This document shows, in pieces, positions 13,491 to 25,412 of a stretch of DNA of 64,000 nt. The DNA is taken from assembly GCF_018350175.1 (NCBI RefSeq), contig NC_058368.1:63304001-63368000 (forward strand), read 5' to 3'. This DNA is from Felis catus (lineage: Eukaryota). A program made the translations under genes and the position numbers. Positions within the stretch are counted from its first letter, which is position 1, and each line of letters starts with the position of its first letter. Below the pieces are notes generated by a model, which did no database searches, was not told where the DNA came from, and was given only the letters and a program-made list of their open reading frames with translations.

Positions 13491-13763
13491 AAATTCTTAT
13501 TCTGTGCTTACTATACCTATCTCTATATATTTAAGTCTGCATAGTCTGAAACTATCTCTGGAAGTTGTTTAAATTGATGGCCTTTGGAAAACATCTTATG
13601 CTGATCACTAGATATGGCCCAAAAGAAGAAAATAAAAGCAAGGGAGGAAAAGAGTAGCTTAAAAATACCAGGCAAAGGGGACATCCAGAGTAAGTTTTCT
13701 TCTGCTGCTGCCCCACCTGACTGAGCTAAGGTTTTGAATATAGCAGTATTGAATGGAAACATA

Positions 13764-13957
13764 TTTTTTAAAGGTTTTATTTGTTTATTTTTGAGAGAGT
13801 AAGAGCATGAGCAAGAGAGGGAGAGAGAGAATCCCAAGCCGGCTCTACACTGTCAGTACAGAGCCCAGTGTGGGGATCGAACCCATGAACTGTGAGATCA
13901 TGACCTGAGCTGAAATAAAAAGTTGGATATTTTAACAACTAAGCCACCCAGTGCCCC
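13764..13957 (-). mobile_element. CAN-SINE
   Basis: T-rich tail, gagatcatgacctgagctgaa, ends gccacccagtgcccc. Confidence 0.92.
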
Positions 13958-14695
13958 AAGAAAGTATTTTAAAGCAATTGTCTATTCAACTTTTGTTTCA
14001 TGTCAGGCAAATATTGGACTGAAATTTAAGATGAATATTTTATATCAAATTAAGATATATATTTCAGATTTAAGCATCATCCAAAGATAGTTTCAGATAT
14101 ATTCTATGTACCCCAAATTTACCATTTTTACAGCTGCTAGGTATATAGTCTTTCTCCCATTTGAAGTCCTGACATGAGGGATATATCTCACATATGATTA
14201 TAGTTTCTACCAGTTGTTCTGAAGCCACTTTGTTTTAGAGTCCTCAATCCTTGCTGTCCATAAACTGGTGTAGTTCCTTGTTCTGTACTTATGCTCCTGC
14301 TCATCTCCACGTTTTTGGTGATTTTTTTTTTGGTCTATCTTGGGAGATAAAGAAGGAATTTCCACATCTTGCTTTCAAGCCTCTAGGGGGTGGAGGCAGT
14401 GATTAGTTAAGGAGAACTGTCCCCTCAGTTACATAGTCTTTTATTTTTATCTTGGCCATTTTCTTCTTAAAGCCCACAGTATTGCTGACCTTCTGGGTTT
14501 GGGAGTATTAAAGCACAGCTTCATTATATACTTGTAGAATGAAGAACCTTTACCACACCTGACATTCATCCCTACTTATTCAGTCTGGCCTCACTTGTCG
14601 GACCCCTTTTTCATTCATGGTAACTCTCTGTCAGGAACCCTTCATGTCTATCCTTACCTTCAGATATAGCAGTCTATCAATCTCTTTATATATCT

Positions 14696-14796
<101 letters not shown>

Positions 14797-15489
14797 AATC
14801 CCAATTATATATAGTGTTCAAGTTCTTTCTCAAGGAACTGGTGGATCCTCTATGAATCAAGGACTGTTACTGAATATGTCATGAATTAGGAGACTTCTTT
14901 GCCAGATGCCAAAAAAGTTGCTGTCTCTACCCATAAGTATATCAAAGTCTAACTGTGTATTTTCCAAGATACCAAAATGTCAAAAAATCAATTTTGCAGG
15001 ACAGGCAAAGGGATAAATCAATGCAGAATTGTTGAAAGAACAGCATCTTAAATTTCAATCCAAGACTAGCCTGACTTAAAATAAAGACTGAATGACAACT
15101 TTTCCAAAGATTCCTTCCTAATTAATACCTCTGTATTCAAACTTCAGCTCAGTCATGTATGAGTGACAGCAGAATAGGAAAACTTGCTAAGGATTGCCCC
15201 TTTGCCTGGCATTTTTATGCCATTCCTTTTCTCTGCTTTTATTTTCTCCTGTTTTGCCATTTACAGTGAACAGCATGAGAGCTCTTCCAAAGGGTTTCAA
15301 TTTTAATTGCAACCAGTAATAAAAGAAAGAACTAAGAAATATTGAAAATCACTTAATTTGCCTACTTCAATCTTTATTTCCTCCATCTATAAGACTACAT
15401 TGTTTTTGTTCATATAAGATATTAAGTTGGCTCTAGTGAATTGCATTCATTATTTAACTTCAGCTTCAGTTTGGGGAAAACACTGTTCA

Positions 15490-15810
15490 TGATAGGTCAA
15501 GTTCTGGGGTAACAGAAAACCTCCAAATCTCAGAGGCTTAAAAAAGTTCTATTCCTTATAAGCAAGTAGGCAGTGGGTCTGGCCAATTTTTAAGAGGATC
15601 TGTCTCCTATGCAATGGTTCAGTATCACACCTCCATGTCAGTATTTGCTCCTATGACAACTGGCAAAGGGTAAAAGAACTGATGAATCTCAGAATGAAAG
15701 GATTCATCCTGGAAAATATGGGTCATTTTGTTCATATTTCATTCAGAACATAGGTCAAAGGCCACTCATAACCTTAAGAGAGCAGAAAAGTGTCATCTTT
15801 CTCTGCAACC
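15490..15810 (-). mobile_element. Old MaLR LTR (MLT1-like) fragment
   Basis: gtaacagaaaacctccaaatctcagaggctta, a reverse-complement MLT1 terminus motif. Confidence 0.5.
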
Positions 15811-16121
15811 CTGTCTTAATAGAAGGCAAATATTAACTATTAGTTAAATAATTTTTTCTTAAAGTTCAATACTTTATACCAGTCATACAGTTTAGACCAA
15901 GTATTAATTTTGAAATAATACAAAGGAGAAAGAAATGATTAAACATGAAGAAAGTGAACACCAGATAAGGAAAACGGCATTCTGCTTATTACTGCAATTT
16001 AGCATAGCTTCATAAAACACTGACTTGAGAAGAATTCTGAGGCCAATCTTAGCTCAGTAGGAATGAGTGATTTAACAGGTCAATGATATCTGCTCTGAGC
16101 ACAAGAATGAGGAGTATTGCT

Positions 16122-16577
16122 ATGTCATAGATTGACTTATTGATCTCAATTCCAACCCTCTTTTTGCATCCATACCTTTGTGTGGACTTCTCCATCACTT
16201 GACTTGGGGTTGGCTTGTAACCCATTCTGGTCAATGGCATGTAAGTAGAAGTATGAAGTTTCTGAGACAAGACTTTAATATCCTCCTGTGTTTCCACTTG
16301 CTCTCTCAGATCCCTGCCATTCTCATGAGAACATACCACAGGTAGTGCTCTGGTCCCAGGAGAAAGATAACAGATACAAGAAAGAGAACCATCCTGGTCC
16401 CCACAGCCTGTAGCAGAGCTACCCCAGGCATCCCATAGTCCTGCACAGAGTGAGAAGTAAAGCTACAAAGCTGAACTTCCACCAACTTTTGGAGAGGCAA
16501 AAACAGTTACAAATGATTATTGTTTCAAGCCACGGAATTTTTGGGCAATTTGTTATGCAAGAAGAATTAATCAATCT
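16122..16577 (+). mobile_element. MaLR LTR (MLT1H/I/J-like)
   Basis: tggtcaatggcatgtaagtagaag...aaatgattattgtttcaagccacggaatttttgggcaatttgttatgc. Confidence 0.75.
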
Positions 16578-17389
16578 ATGCTACATGTGCCAGCCACTGG
16601 CCACTCATAAAGTATAGTGAATGAAAGAAACAAAACAAAACAGAATCTGGAAAACAAAAAGGATGGGATTTGTCACACCAAGGAAAAAATTCTTGAGGAT
16701 TAGGAAAAAATAAGAATGAATGTATTTAATGTGACAGTTTAAACAATTAAGATACATGAACTAAGAATGTATTCTGATTTGTGACTATATTTACGTGAAC
16801 AAAATTTAAAATTACAAAACTTAGCATTTTTATGTAAGAATTGATTTTATTTTAAAATCAGAAAAAAATAAACTGGAATAGTACGCAACAATATATATTA
16901 ATGACCATTAATAATCAGTCTCTAAAATTATAAACTGAGCATGATTCCAAAATCCTGTTGTATTAGAATTAAAGGGATGTCTGAGTTTGAAGGAGATGAT
17001 TGTCGGGAAAACAAACCTAAGCATTATTTCAAACAGTAAAACTGTATAATTTAGTGACAATAAAATACATACAAATGTAAATAGGTTTTTCGTAGTAAAT
17101 TTCAGAATGGCAGTTTTTCAGATGAGATAAAATATTTAAGAAGGCTAATTTGAAATACCTACTAAAATATCAAGAGAGTATCTAAGCCCCAGATAATGTA
17201 TGGGAGCAAATATTGATTTGGTCAGATTATTCATCCAACCCAAACTTTTAATATTTTCATAAATATGCAAGTGCAAAAGCAAATAAAAAGAATAGTAAGA
17301 GGCTTAGGAGTAAACAGGGATCAATAGTTGAAGTACTCAAAGTGGCCCCACGCTGATTTTCTTTCATTAATGTTACTAAAACTCAAGCT

Positions 17390-17550
17390 CAAGGATTCCC
17401 ACATTCACTTTGCATCAGAACCACTTGTGAAGCTTTTTAAAATACAGGTTCCCAGGCCCCACCTCAGATTCCATTGGGCTGATATTGGTTTTTTTTTTTT
17501 TTAAAGACCTCAGTGCCATTTTAAAGTGTAACCAGGGTAAGTAATCATAA
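17390..17550. mobile_element. MER5-like hAT-Charlie MITE
   Basis: tgcatcagaaccacttgtgaagctttttaaaatacaggttcccaggccccacctcag. Confidence 0.7.
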
Positions 17551-18103
17551 CTACTTTGACCTATTCCAAGTATACATAAGTCAATTAATGATTAATTACA
17601 GTTAACAACTCTCCAATTCCAGGCTGTTCCCAGTCTCATTGCATTCAACCCAGTTTGGTCATATGTTCTATCAAAACCTGGAGAAACTATAATACTATTA
17701 AATATCTACAGAGTAATACAGTAATATTTTTAAGCTGTGTTCACAGTAAAGTGAATTATGTAACAAAGGCAAAAGATTACCAGGTAACCCCCAAAAGTAT
17801 CTGCTATCTCTATAGAAATGAATTTTGCAAAAAGTACTAGTTTCCAATTATATGAAGCAGAGTACCTGTTTAGTTTCAGCATTATGCTATATAAGGTACT
17901 GAACAACAGGAAAGATCTTGAATGTATAGGTTCAACTTTTGGAAAACAGGATACATTTTAAATATAGATAATATATTGAATATTAAATTTACAGGTGATT
18001 TATAAAAGTCACAGAAAAAATGTTAACTGAATATTGACTAAAGTCTAGCGTTAGGACCTAGGTACATGAAATACAAAAGGGCACAAAACTGACCCTTTTA
18101 CCA

Positions 18104-18173
18104 AAAAGAAAAGAAAAGAAAAGGAAGGAAGGAAGGAAGGAAGGAAGGAAGGAAGGAAGGAAGGAAGGAAGAA
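18104..18173. repeat. (GAAAA)n/(GGAA)n microsatellite
   Basis: Visible tandem repeat. Confidence 0.95.
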
Positions 18174-21100
18174 ACAAAGGAAAGAGGTAGAGAGGGAGGA
18201 AGAATAAAAAGGAAAATAACTTTTTCCTTTCGATTTTGGAGAAAATCAAGCAAATAAAAAAAAATGAAACTGAAACTATTTGCCAACCTTGCTACTTGAT
18301 TGAAGCAATTACATTAGAAAACTCTTTTTGGAGTTTTCTGTAAGTAAATAGATGTGTTTGCAACTATAGAACATTTCTAATACTCTTACAGTTTCATGTA
18401 GCCTAAAAACAGAGAGTATAACATAGATAGTAGACCCTGAGCAGCTTTAGCAAGAAAAAAAAAAGTTGAACAGTAAGGACTGTGCTATCCATGTTTCTCT
18501 TCCAAAGAGCAAGCTTGATTATAACTCTTCAGATTTGCAAGTTACTCATCTGAGTAAAGGGGGGAGATGTATCAGCCTTCTCTGGCCACAGCTGAGCAGG
18601 TGACAGAGCAAACTGGCAGCAGGAAACATTAACAGAAGGAGCCAGAGAGTTTCCTGCCCAGGCCAACAGAGAGGAGAGGGAAGAAGAGGAAAGAAAATGG
18701 TAACAGAAATGTTTCTAATGCCAGAAATGTAAGAGTGCCTTTGTTATAAAACACAGGCATCGATTTCCTGTTTCCATAACTTGTGATTGGTGAGTTATTT
18801 TTACATTTATCTTAATGAGGTTACACCCTGCTCTGAGATTTCATAAGCCATTTTCCTGCCTCTGAAACAAACAAAATATTCTTCACTCCAATTCCATTTC
18901 TTTGTTGACCTTGGGAAAACTGAACAAGAGAATAATGTGGGTTACACATTAACCTATGTGTCCAAGATTGTGGGGGGAGAAGGAGCAATCAAGCTTTGTG
19001 AAAGCTGAGAAATTATTTGCCTGCAAGACTTGGTTCAGTGGTTTTTTTTTTTTTTACAAACTTTTAATTGTACCTTGAAAAGTTACATTTCTTAAATTCT
19101 GGAGGAAAAGTTCTCAAAAAAGAGTGTAAATATGTATTTGGCCTTGCACAATGCATTCCAAATCAATTCTGACAAAAATCTTGTGTGGGTGAATAAAAAT
19201 TAATGGAACATGATTCATTGTGGGCATCAAATATTCAAATTAATAAAGAGCATAGCCAAGTAGACACAATTATTTTATTCTTTGGTTATTACCTGCATGC
19301 TGCAGTGGACAGAGGAATTTGGAATGTGTCCTTTATTGCTGCTATGCTGCTTCGGGCCCTGGCTTGAGAATTAAGGATTCATGCTTCTACATAATGATAT
19401 ATGATTAGCACTGTGAAAGTAATTGAACTCTTCATTCTAGACAATCCCTTGCAGTGTCAGCAAGAAGCTGGAACAAACTGTGTCATTTAACAGAGTTATG
19501 CTGTAAGTGAGAAAAACCTCTGATCCCTGCACAATTAACTTCCTAATAATTTTAGGTTTTCAAGATTAAATGAGGGAATTAATATAATAGACCATGTAAA
19601 TGTGCATCAGAGAAATAAAGCAAGGCAAAGACACTAAAAGGGATGGAAAATTTAAAGAAATTAACAATTGCTCTCAAATATAATAAGAGACAGGTGTCAG
19701 GCTGTTAAAAGGATGATTGTTGTAACTGGAGCAGCTGAGGATGGTAAATGTGCAGCTGTTACAAAGATTAGTTGTGTTGTAACAGAATACTTGTTTTGCT
19801 GGTGCACTCTACTAAACTAAATTATATTACAACGAGCTCATAAAGTATCCTGGAAAGTGAAGTAATAACGATATTGACACCTATTTTCCATAATAAAATA
19901 CTATACCTCGAATCATTTATCATAACTATGCATTAAAATCTCAGAAAAATGGCTTTATTATTTATGAAATTTCTCAATTTTCTTCATTAAGTGTATGAAA
20001 TATCTCAATAACATTTTAAGACAACAATAATACAATTGCATTATGTTCCATTAACTTCAAAATGGTCAAATTTTGGTGTTCATTAGTTCTAAACACCCTT
20101 TTATTCTGGGAATTTAGTTTTATCAAAATGTTAATTCAGTGTACAGTGATGAGCTGTATTTCAGGTAATTCTGTAAAATGTGATGAGTGTTCCTCCAGCA
20201 TAAGGACTAGGTTATATTTGGTTCAGTCTAGGACTCACAGTGTCCTTTAGGAAAAAAAGGAAAGAAAAGAGATTTATTCTCAATCTCAATCTCAATTATT
20301 CTCAAATGAATTTGTTGCAACGCCATCTGATTAATTAATGTTCTCGTGTACAACACAGAACATTGGGAAGAAAGAAAAAAATGTATCAAAATAGAGGTGA
20401 CTGTATTGATGGCAGTCTATGGTGTTGGTTTTTTAAAAGAGTCTGGATTTTAGTCAACTCATTCACAACCTTCTGAAAAGAGTGTTATGTTCCTTGGTGG
20501 CAGGAAACTGGGTTTATTCAGGGAAATTTTGTTCATAATATTTTGTTTTGATAAAGTATACAATTTCTCCTTCATGCCTCTCTTAGTCAATACCATCCCA
20601 TATGAGTTCCATTCACATTAGCAAGTGAATGCTAGTTCTACCAAACACATGAATTGAAAATTAAATTATCAATATATTTAAGCTGATAAATTACTCTGAG
20701 AATTGATCACCATTCTTATGCAACTTTGGAAACTCTTCTGTGTGTTTTATGCATACTTGATGGCTGGCTAAATAAACTTGACTCACCTTACCAATGTTAA
20801 ATTGACCAGACACCAGACACAAAATACTAGCCATTAATTTGTTAGTGATTAGAAAAACTTTCTATCTACCTGAATAGATTTAAACAAAGCATTCATCTTT
20901 TACTATTAAAGTGAATCTGATACGGCAAAATTCAAATGCTTACAATTTTATTTTTTCAGCTTTTTCTGCCTTGTTTTTATTTGTGTTTTTAGTTTTTGCT
21001 GGAGTGAGGTTGCTATGCAGATAAGCTTCCGTGAGTTTTTAATAACCACTGGCTCATTGAATTTGGATACAAGGTTTGATGGACATGAACACTCTAGCTG

Positions 21101-21257
21101 GTTTCCTTGCAGATTCGTTTGAATAATCAAAAAGACCAATGTGAAGTGATGATGAATTTTTATATGCTGAACTACTATCCTTATAAAGAATGAAAAAAAA
21201 ATTATGTTGACTATGATAGTTTTGGTTTAACCTTTTCTAAACATTTCTATAAGTTTG

Positions 21258-21482
21258 TTTTTTTTTTAATTTTTTTTCAACGTTTATTTATTTTTGGGAC
21301 GGAGAGAGAGACAGAGCATGAACGGGCGAGGGGCAGAGAGAGAGGGAGACACGGAAACGGAAACAGGCTCCAGGCTCTGAGCCATCAGCCCAGAGCCCGA
21401 CGCGGGGCTCGAACTCACGGACCACGAGATGGTGACCTGGCTGAAGTCGGACGCTTAACCGACTGCACCACCCAGGCGCCCC
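21258..21482 (-). mobile_element. Young felid SINE (SINEC_Fc)
   Basis: CpG-rich near-consensus body; TSD tataagtttg at 21248-21257 and 21483-21492. Confidence 0.96.
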
Positions 21483-21581
21483 TATAAGTTTGAATAAACT
21501 TTTCTATACATTCAAGTGAGCAGTTACCTCACTTGTGAATTCTAAAACCTTAATGAAATTTTACTTATAAGAAAGTGGGTA

Positions 21582-21790
21582 GGGGGCACCTGGGTGGCTC
21601 AGTCAGTTAAGCATACGAGTTTGGCTTAGGTCATGGTTTGTGGTTTGCAAGTTCAAGCCCCGCATACAGCTCTGTTCCTAGAGCTTGTAGCCTGTAGCCT
21701 GCTTCAGATTCTATGTCTCCCTCTCTCTCGACCCCTCCCCCACTTGCGCCCTGTTTCTCTCTCAAATATAAACATTAAAAAAAGAAGAAG
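21582..21790 (+). mobile_element. CAN-SINE
   Basis: ggggcacctgggtggctcag head; TSD aagaaagtgggtag / aagaaagtgagtag. Confidence 0.93.
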
Positions 21791-23376
21791 AAAGTGAGTA
21801 GAATACTTAAATGAAAACTTACATTGTTGCTGCTGATATGCATGAGTGTCAAAGGTATATCTTCTGGGTAACATCAGCATTTTGAGGTGGTGAATCTGGT
21901 TGTGCCATATTTAATAGTATGCTGTAATCAGTTGACTTTTCTGTTATTATAATTATAACACAAGCTACTCTAAATCTTTTGTTTTCATCAAAGTAATTGT
22001 GGGTTGAACAAATGTACAGAAATATATAAGTTTATAAATGTATAAAAATGTATGCAAGTAACAAAAAAGTCCATTATATTCAGTTCTAATATCATGACAA
22101 ATTCCAGAGCATATAAAAAGCATGCTGTTGGGTCTGAAAAGTCAGCAAATTAAGGCTTTGGGCTAAGTAGTACATCAGCAATAAGAAATAATAGTGAGGC
22201 ATTTTGAAATCCGTGTAATTCTCTATACATGCTTGTGTCTCTTACTTTATTCAAATGTATTTGTTATTTGTTTACTTATCTCTCCTACCTTTCTCTCTGC
22301 CTCATACCTTTTTCAAAGATGTGTCAATGGCATAAGAATAGGCTTTTGTTTTTCTTATAGTTCTGTGTCCTGTCATGTCCAACAGATTGCCTTTCATTTA
22401 AAGAGTTCACGAATAAGTTTAAATGAATTGATCAGATGGACACCCATGGATTCAAAGCTGGAGAACAAACTCAAGATAATGTACAGAAACCAAAGGGGCA
22501 GAAAGTGTTCAGAAAGCAATAGGGAAAATAAATGAAAACAGCAGAAGCTCTAAAAAAAATACAGAGAGGCAAGCAGACTGCCTTCAAGAAGGCTGGGTCA
22601 GTTGAAGAAACTGGGCATTCATTCCATTCAATACCCAAATACTAGTCATGATGAACCCTGAGTGAGAGCAGTGAAAAGAAAAGCCTCTTCCCTGACCTCC
22701 TGCAGTTTGTTGCCTAGTAGAAAGATGAAGGAAATAAACATTATGCTTGGGTAGATAATAATGGATAGACAAAGTGTGCAGTGGTCAGCCAGGACTCCTC
22801 TGAATAGATGATGTTTATTCTGAGACCTAAAAGGTGAGGGGGGGGGGGGGAAGAATGGCTATTCAAAAGTCGGATGAATTATAGTCTAAACAGAGTGAAC
22901 GTGTACCAAGTTCCTGAGATGAGAGAAAACTTGGAATGTCCAAGGAACTGCAAATAAAAGCCAGGGAGGCTGGAGGAGTGAGTGAGAGATGAGGTTTGGT
23001 GGAAGATGAAGATGGAGAAAGAGGCAGTAGCAAAATAATGTAGAATCTTAGAAAACAAGGTTAAAGGTTTGATTCTAGGTACAGTGGGAGATGTCATACT
23101 GATTCCATGTGCAGCAGAAATCATGACATAATTTAACTTAAAAGGAAAATGAATTGGTTGCCATATGAAGAATAGATTTTTTAAGTATAGTTGACGCATA
23201 ATGTTATATTAGTTTCAGGTGTACAACATAGAGATTTGACAAGTTTATACATTATGCTATACTCACCACAAGTATTGCTACCATGTCACCATATACTATT
23301 ATAGTACCATTGACTATATTCCCTATGCTGTACCTTTTGTTCCCCTTACTTATTCATTCCATAACTGGAAACCTGT

Positions 23377-23479
23377 GGGGTACTTGGCTGGCTCAGTCAG
23401 TAGAAAATGCAACTCTTGATCTCAGGTTCATGAGTTCAGTCCCCACGTTGTGGGTAGAGCTTACTTTAAAAAAACAAAC
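23377..23479 (+). mobile_element. Short tRNA-Lys-derived carnivore SINE (no CT-rich body)
   Basis: ggggtacttggctggctcagtcagtagaaaatgcaactcttgatctcaggttcatgagttcagtccccacgttg + A tail; TSD aaacctgt. Confidence 0.85.
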
Positions 23480-23764
23480 AAACCTGTATTTCCCACTCTC
23501 TTTCACCCATTTTGCCCATCCTCACCATCGCCCTCCACTCGTGGCAACCATCAGTTTATTCTGTGTATTTATGGATCTGTTTCTGCTCTTTATTTATTCT
23601 TTTTTTTTTGATTCCACATTTAAGTGAAATCATATAGTTTTTGTCTTTCTCTGTATGCCTTATTTCACAGCATTATACCCTCTGGATCCATCCATGTTGT
23701 TATAAATGGCAAGATCTCATCCTTTTTTGTGGCTGCATGATATTTCTGTATATGTGTGCAGATA

Positions 23765-23811
23765 TGTGTGTGTGTGTGTGTGTATACACACACACACACA
23801 CACACACACAC
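23765..23811. repeat. (TG)n-TA-(CA)n palindromic microsatellite
   Basis: Perfect 40-bp palindrome at 23765-23804. Confidence 0.95.
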
Positions 23812-24573
23812 CACATGTTCCATATGCATTATTCTATCAGTGGACACTTAAGTTGTTTCTGTATCTTGGCTGTTCTAAATAATGCTTCAGTGAACATAAC
23901 GGTGCATTGATTTTTTCAAATCAGTGTTTGGTTTTATTGGGGGGGGGTGGATACCCAGTAGTACAATTTCTGGATCATATATATTTCTGTTTTTAATTTG
24001 TGAGGAACCTCCATACTATTTTATAGAGTGGCTGTACCAATTTACATTCCCACTAACAGTGTTCCACATCTTCACCAACACTTGTTATTTCTTACCATGT
24101 GAAAATTAGATTTTAAGGGAAACCAGAGTAGAAGTGGGAAAGCCAGTTGGAAGGCTGTAGAAGCATCTCTGATGTGAAACTATGGCAGCCTCAATTTGGG
24201 CAATCACAATGAAACAGTGAAAAGTAGAGTTGTTTGATTAACTAGCACCTGCTGAAGGATTATATAGCAGAGATAGGAATGGAGAAAGTAAATGAACCAC
24301 CACTGACTTACAGGTGCCAAGTTTGAGATCAATTAGAAACTGTTGAAAATTACTGCATTTACTCAGATGGGGAACCCAACAAAAGGGAGAGAAAACAAAG
24401 GTTGGATAGAAGTATGAATCAGTAGTCCACTTTTAGATATATTCATGTGGAGATATTTATTAGAGGACCAAATGGACATGTCTGCCCATGTGAATTTGGA
24501 GATCAGATGAGGATGTCTTGGCTGAGACTTTAACTTGGAAATCATCAGCACAATATAGTATTTAAAGGAATGG

Positions 24574-24737
24574 CCAGGCACCCGGGTGGCTCAGTTGGTT
24601 AAGCATCCTACTCTTGGCTTCAGCTCAGGTCATGATCTCATGGTTCATGAGTTTGAGCCCCACATCAGGCTCTGTGCTGACAGTGTGGAGCCTGCTTGGG
24701 ATTCTCTTTCCCTCCCTCCCCCTCTGCCCCTCCCATG

Positions 24738-24780
<43 letters not shown>

Positions 24781-24818
24781 ATTTATAAACTTATAAAAAA
24801 AACTTTATTTAAATAAAT
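24574..24818 (+). mobile_element. CAN-SINE with (CT)n
   Basis: caggcacccgggtggctcagttggttaagc...ctgtgctgacagtgtggagcc. Confidence 0.92.
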
Positions 24819-24900
24819 GAATACATGGAAATATATGAAATCATCCAGAGTCAAAAGTAGAGAAAAGATCCAAGTACCACCAGCAATTAGAAATGTCATG

Positions 24901-25035
24901 GAGGGTGGGTGGGTGATGGGAACTGAGGAGGGCATCTGTTGGGATGAGCACTGGGTGTTGTGTGGAAACCAGTTTGACAATAAATTTCATAATCAATCAA
25001 TCAATAAAAAGAAAGAAAGAAAGAAAGAGAAAGAA
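24901..25035 (+). mobile_element. Severely 5'-truncated felid L1 3' tip
   Basis: gggatgagcactgggtgttgtgtggaaaccagtttgacaataaa matches the 3' end of the L1 at ~31960-32010; TSD agaaatgtcatg (24889-24900) / agaaatgccatg (25036-25047). Confidence 0.88.
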
Positions 25036-25226
25036 AGAAATGCCATGACATGACTATTCCTGTAAGTTGTGTTTCTACCATAGGCAGACCTCCTTAGACC
25101 TTTCCAGCTAGGATCAGCTGCATGGAACAGGACATAGTTTTCATAGGTTCTCCCAGTGGAAATAGGAGATTCATTGCTAACTGAGTAGGGAATATTCATG
25201 GCTAGAAAAAAATACCAGGTGTTAAT

Positions 25227-25412
25227 TTTTTAATTTATTTTGTTTAAGTTTATTTGTTTATTTTGAGAGAGAGGGAGAGAGAATTCCAAGCAAGCTCTGC
25301 ACTGTCAGTGTGAGGAGTCCAATGCAGGGCTCAAACTCACGAACCCCTGAGATCATGACCTGAACTGAAATCAAGAGTTGAATGCTTCACCAGCTGAGCC
25401 ACCAGGCACCCC
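25227..25412 (-). mobile_element. CAN-SINE
   Basis: Reverse-complement SINE ending ctgagccaccaggcacccc. Confidence 0.9.

Larger units (their letters stand above)
23176..24100 (-). mobile_element. 5'-truncated carnivore L1 3' end
   Basis: tatattagtttcaggtgtacaacata...; minus translation KKDEILPFITTWMDPEGIML; degenerate TSD gaagaatagatttt / gaaaattagatttt. Confidence 0.9.
22612..24895 (-). mobile_element. L2 element split by later insertions (pieces ~22612-23170, 24105-24570, 24820-24895)
   Basis: cattcattccattcaa L2 3' end; tccaaggaactgcaaataaaagccagggaggctggag and ggaaatcatcagcacaatatagtatttaaag L2 motifs continuing across the inserts. Confidence 0.75.
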
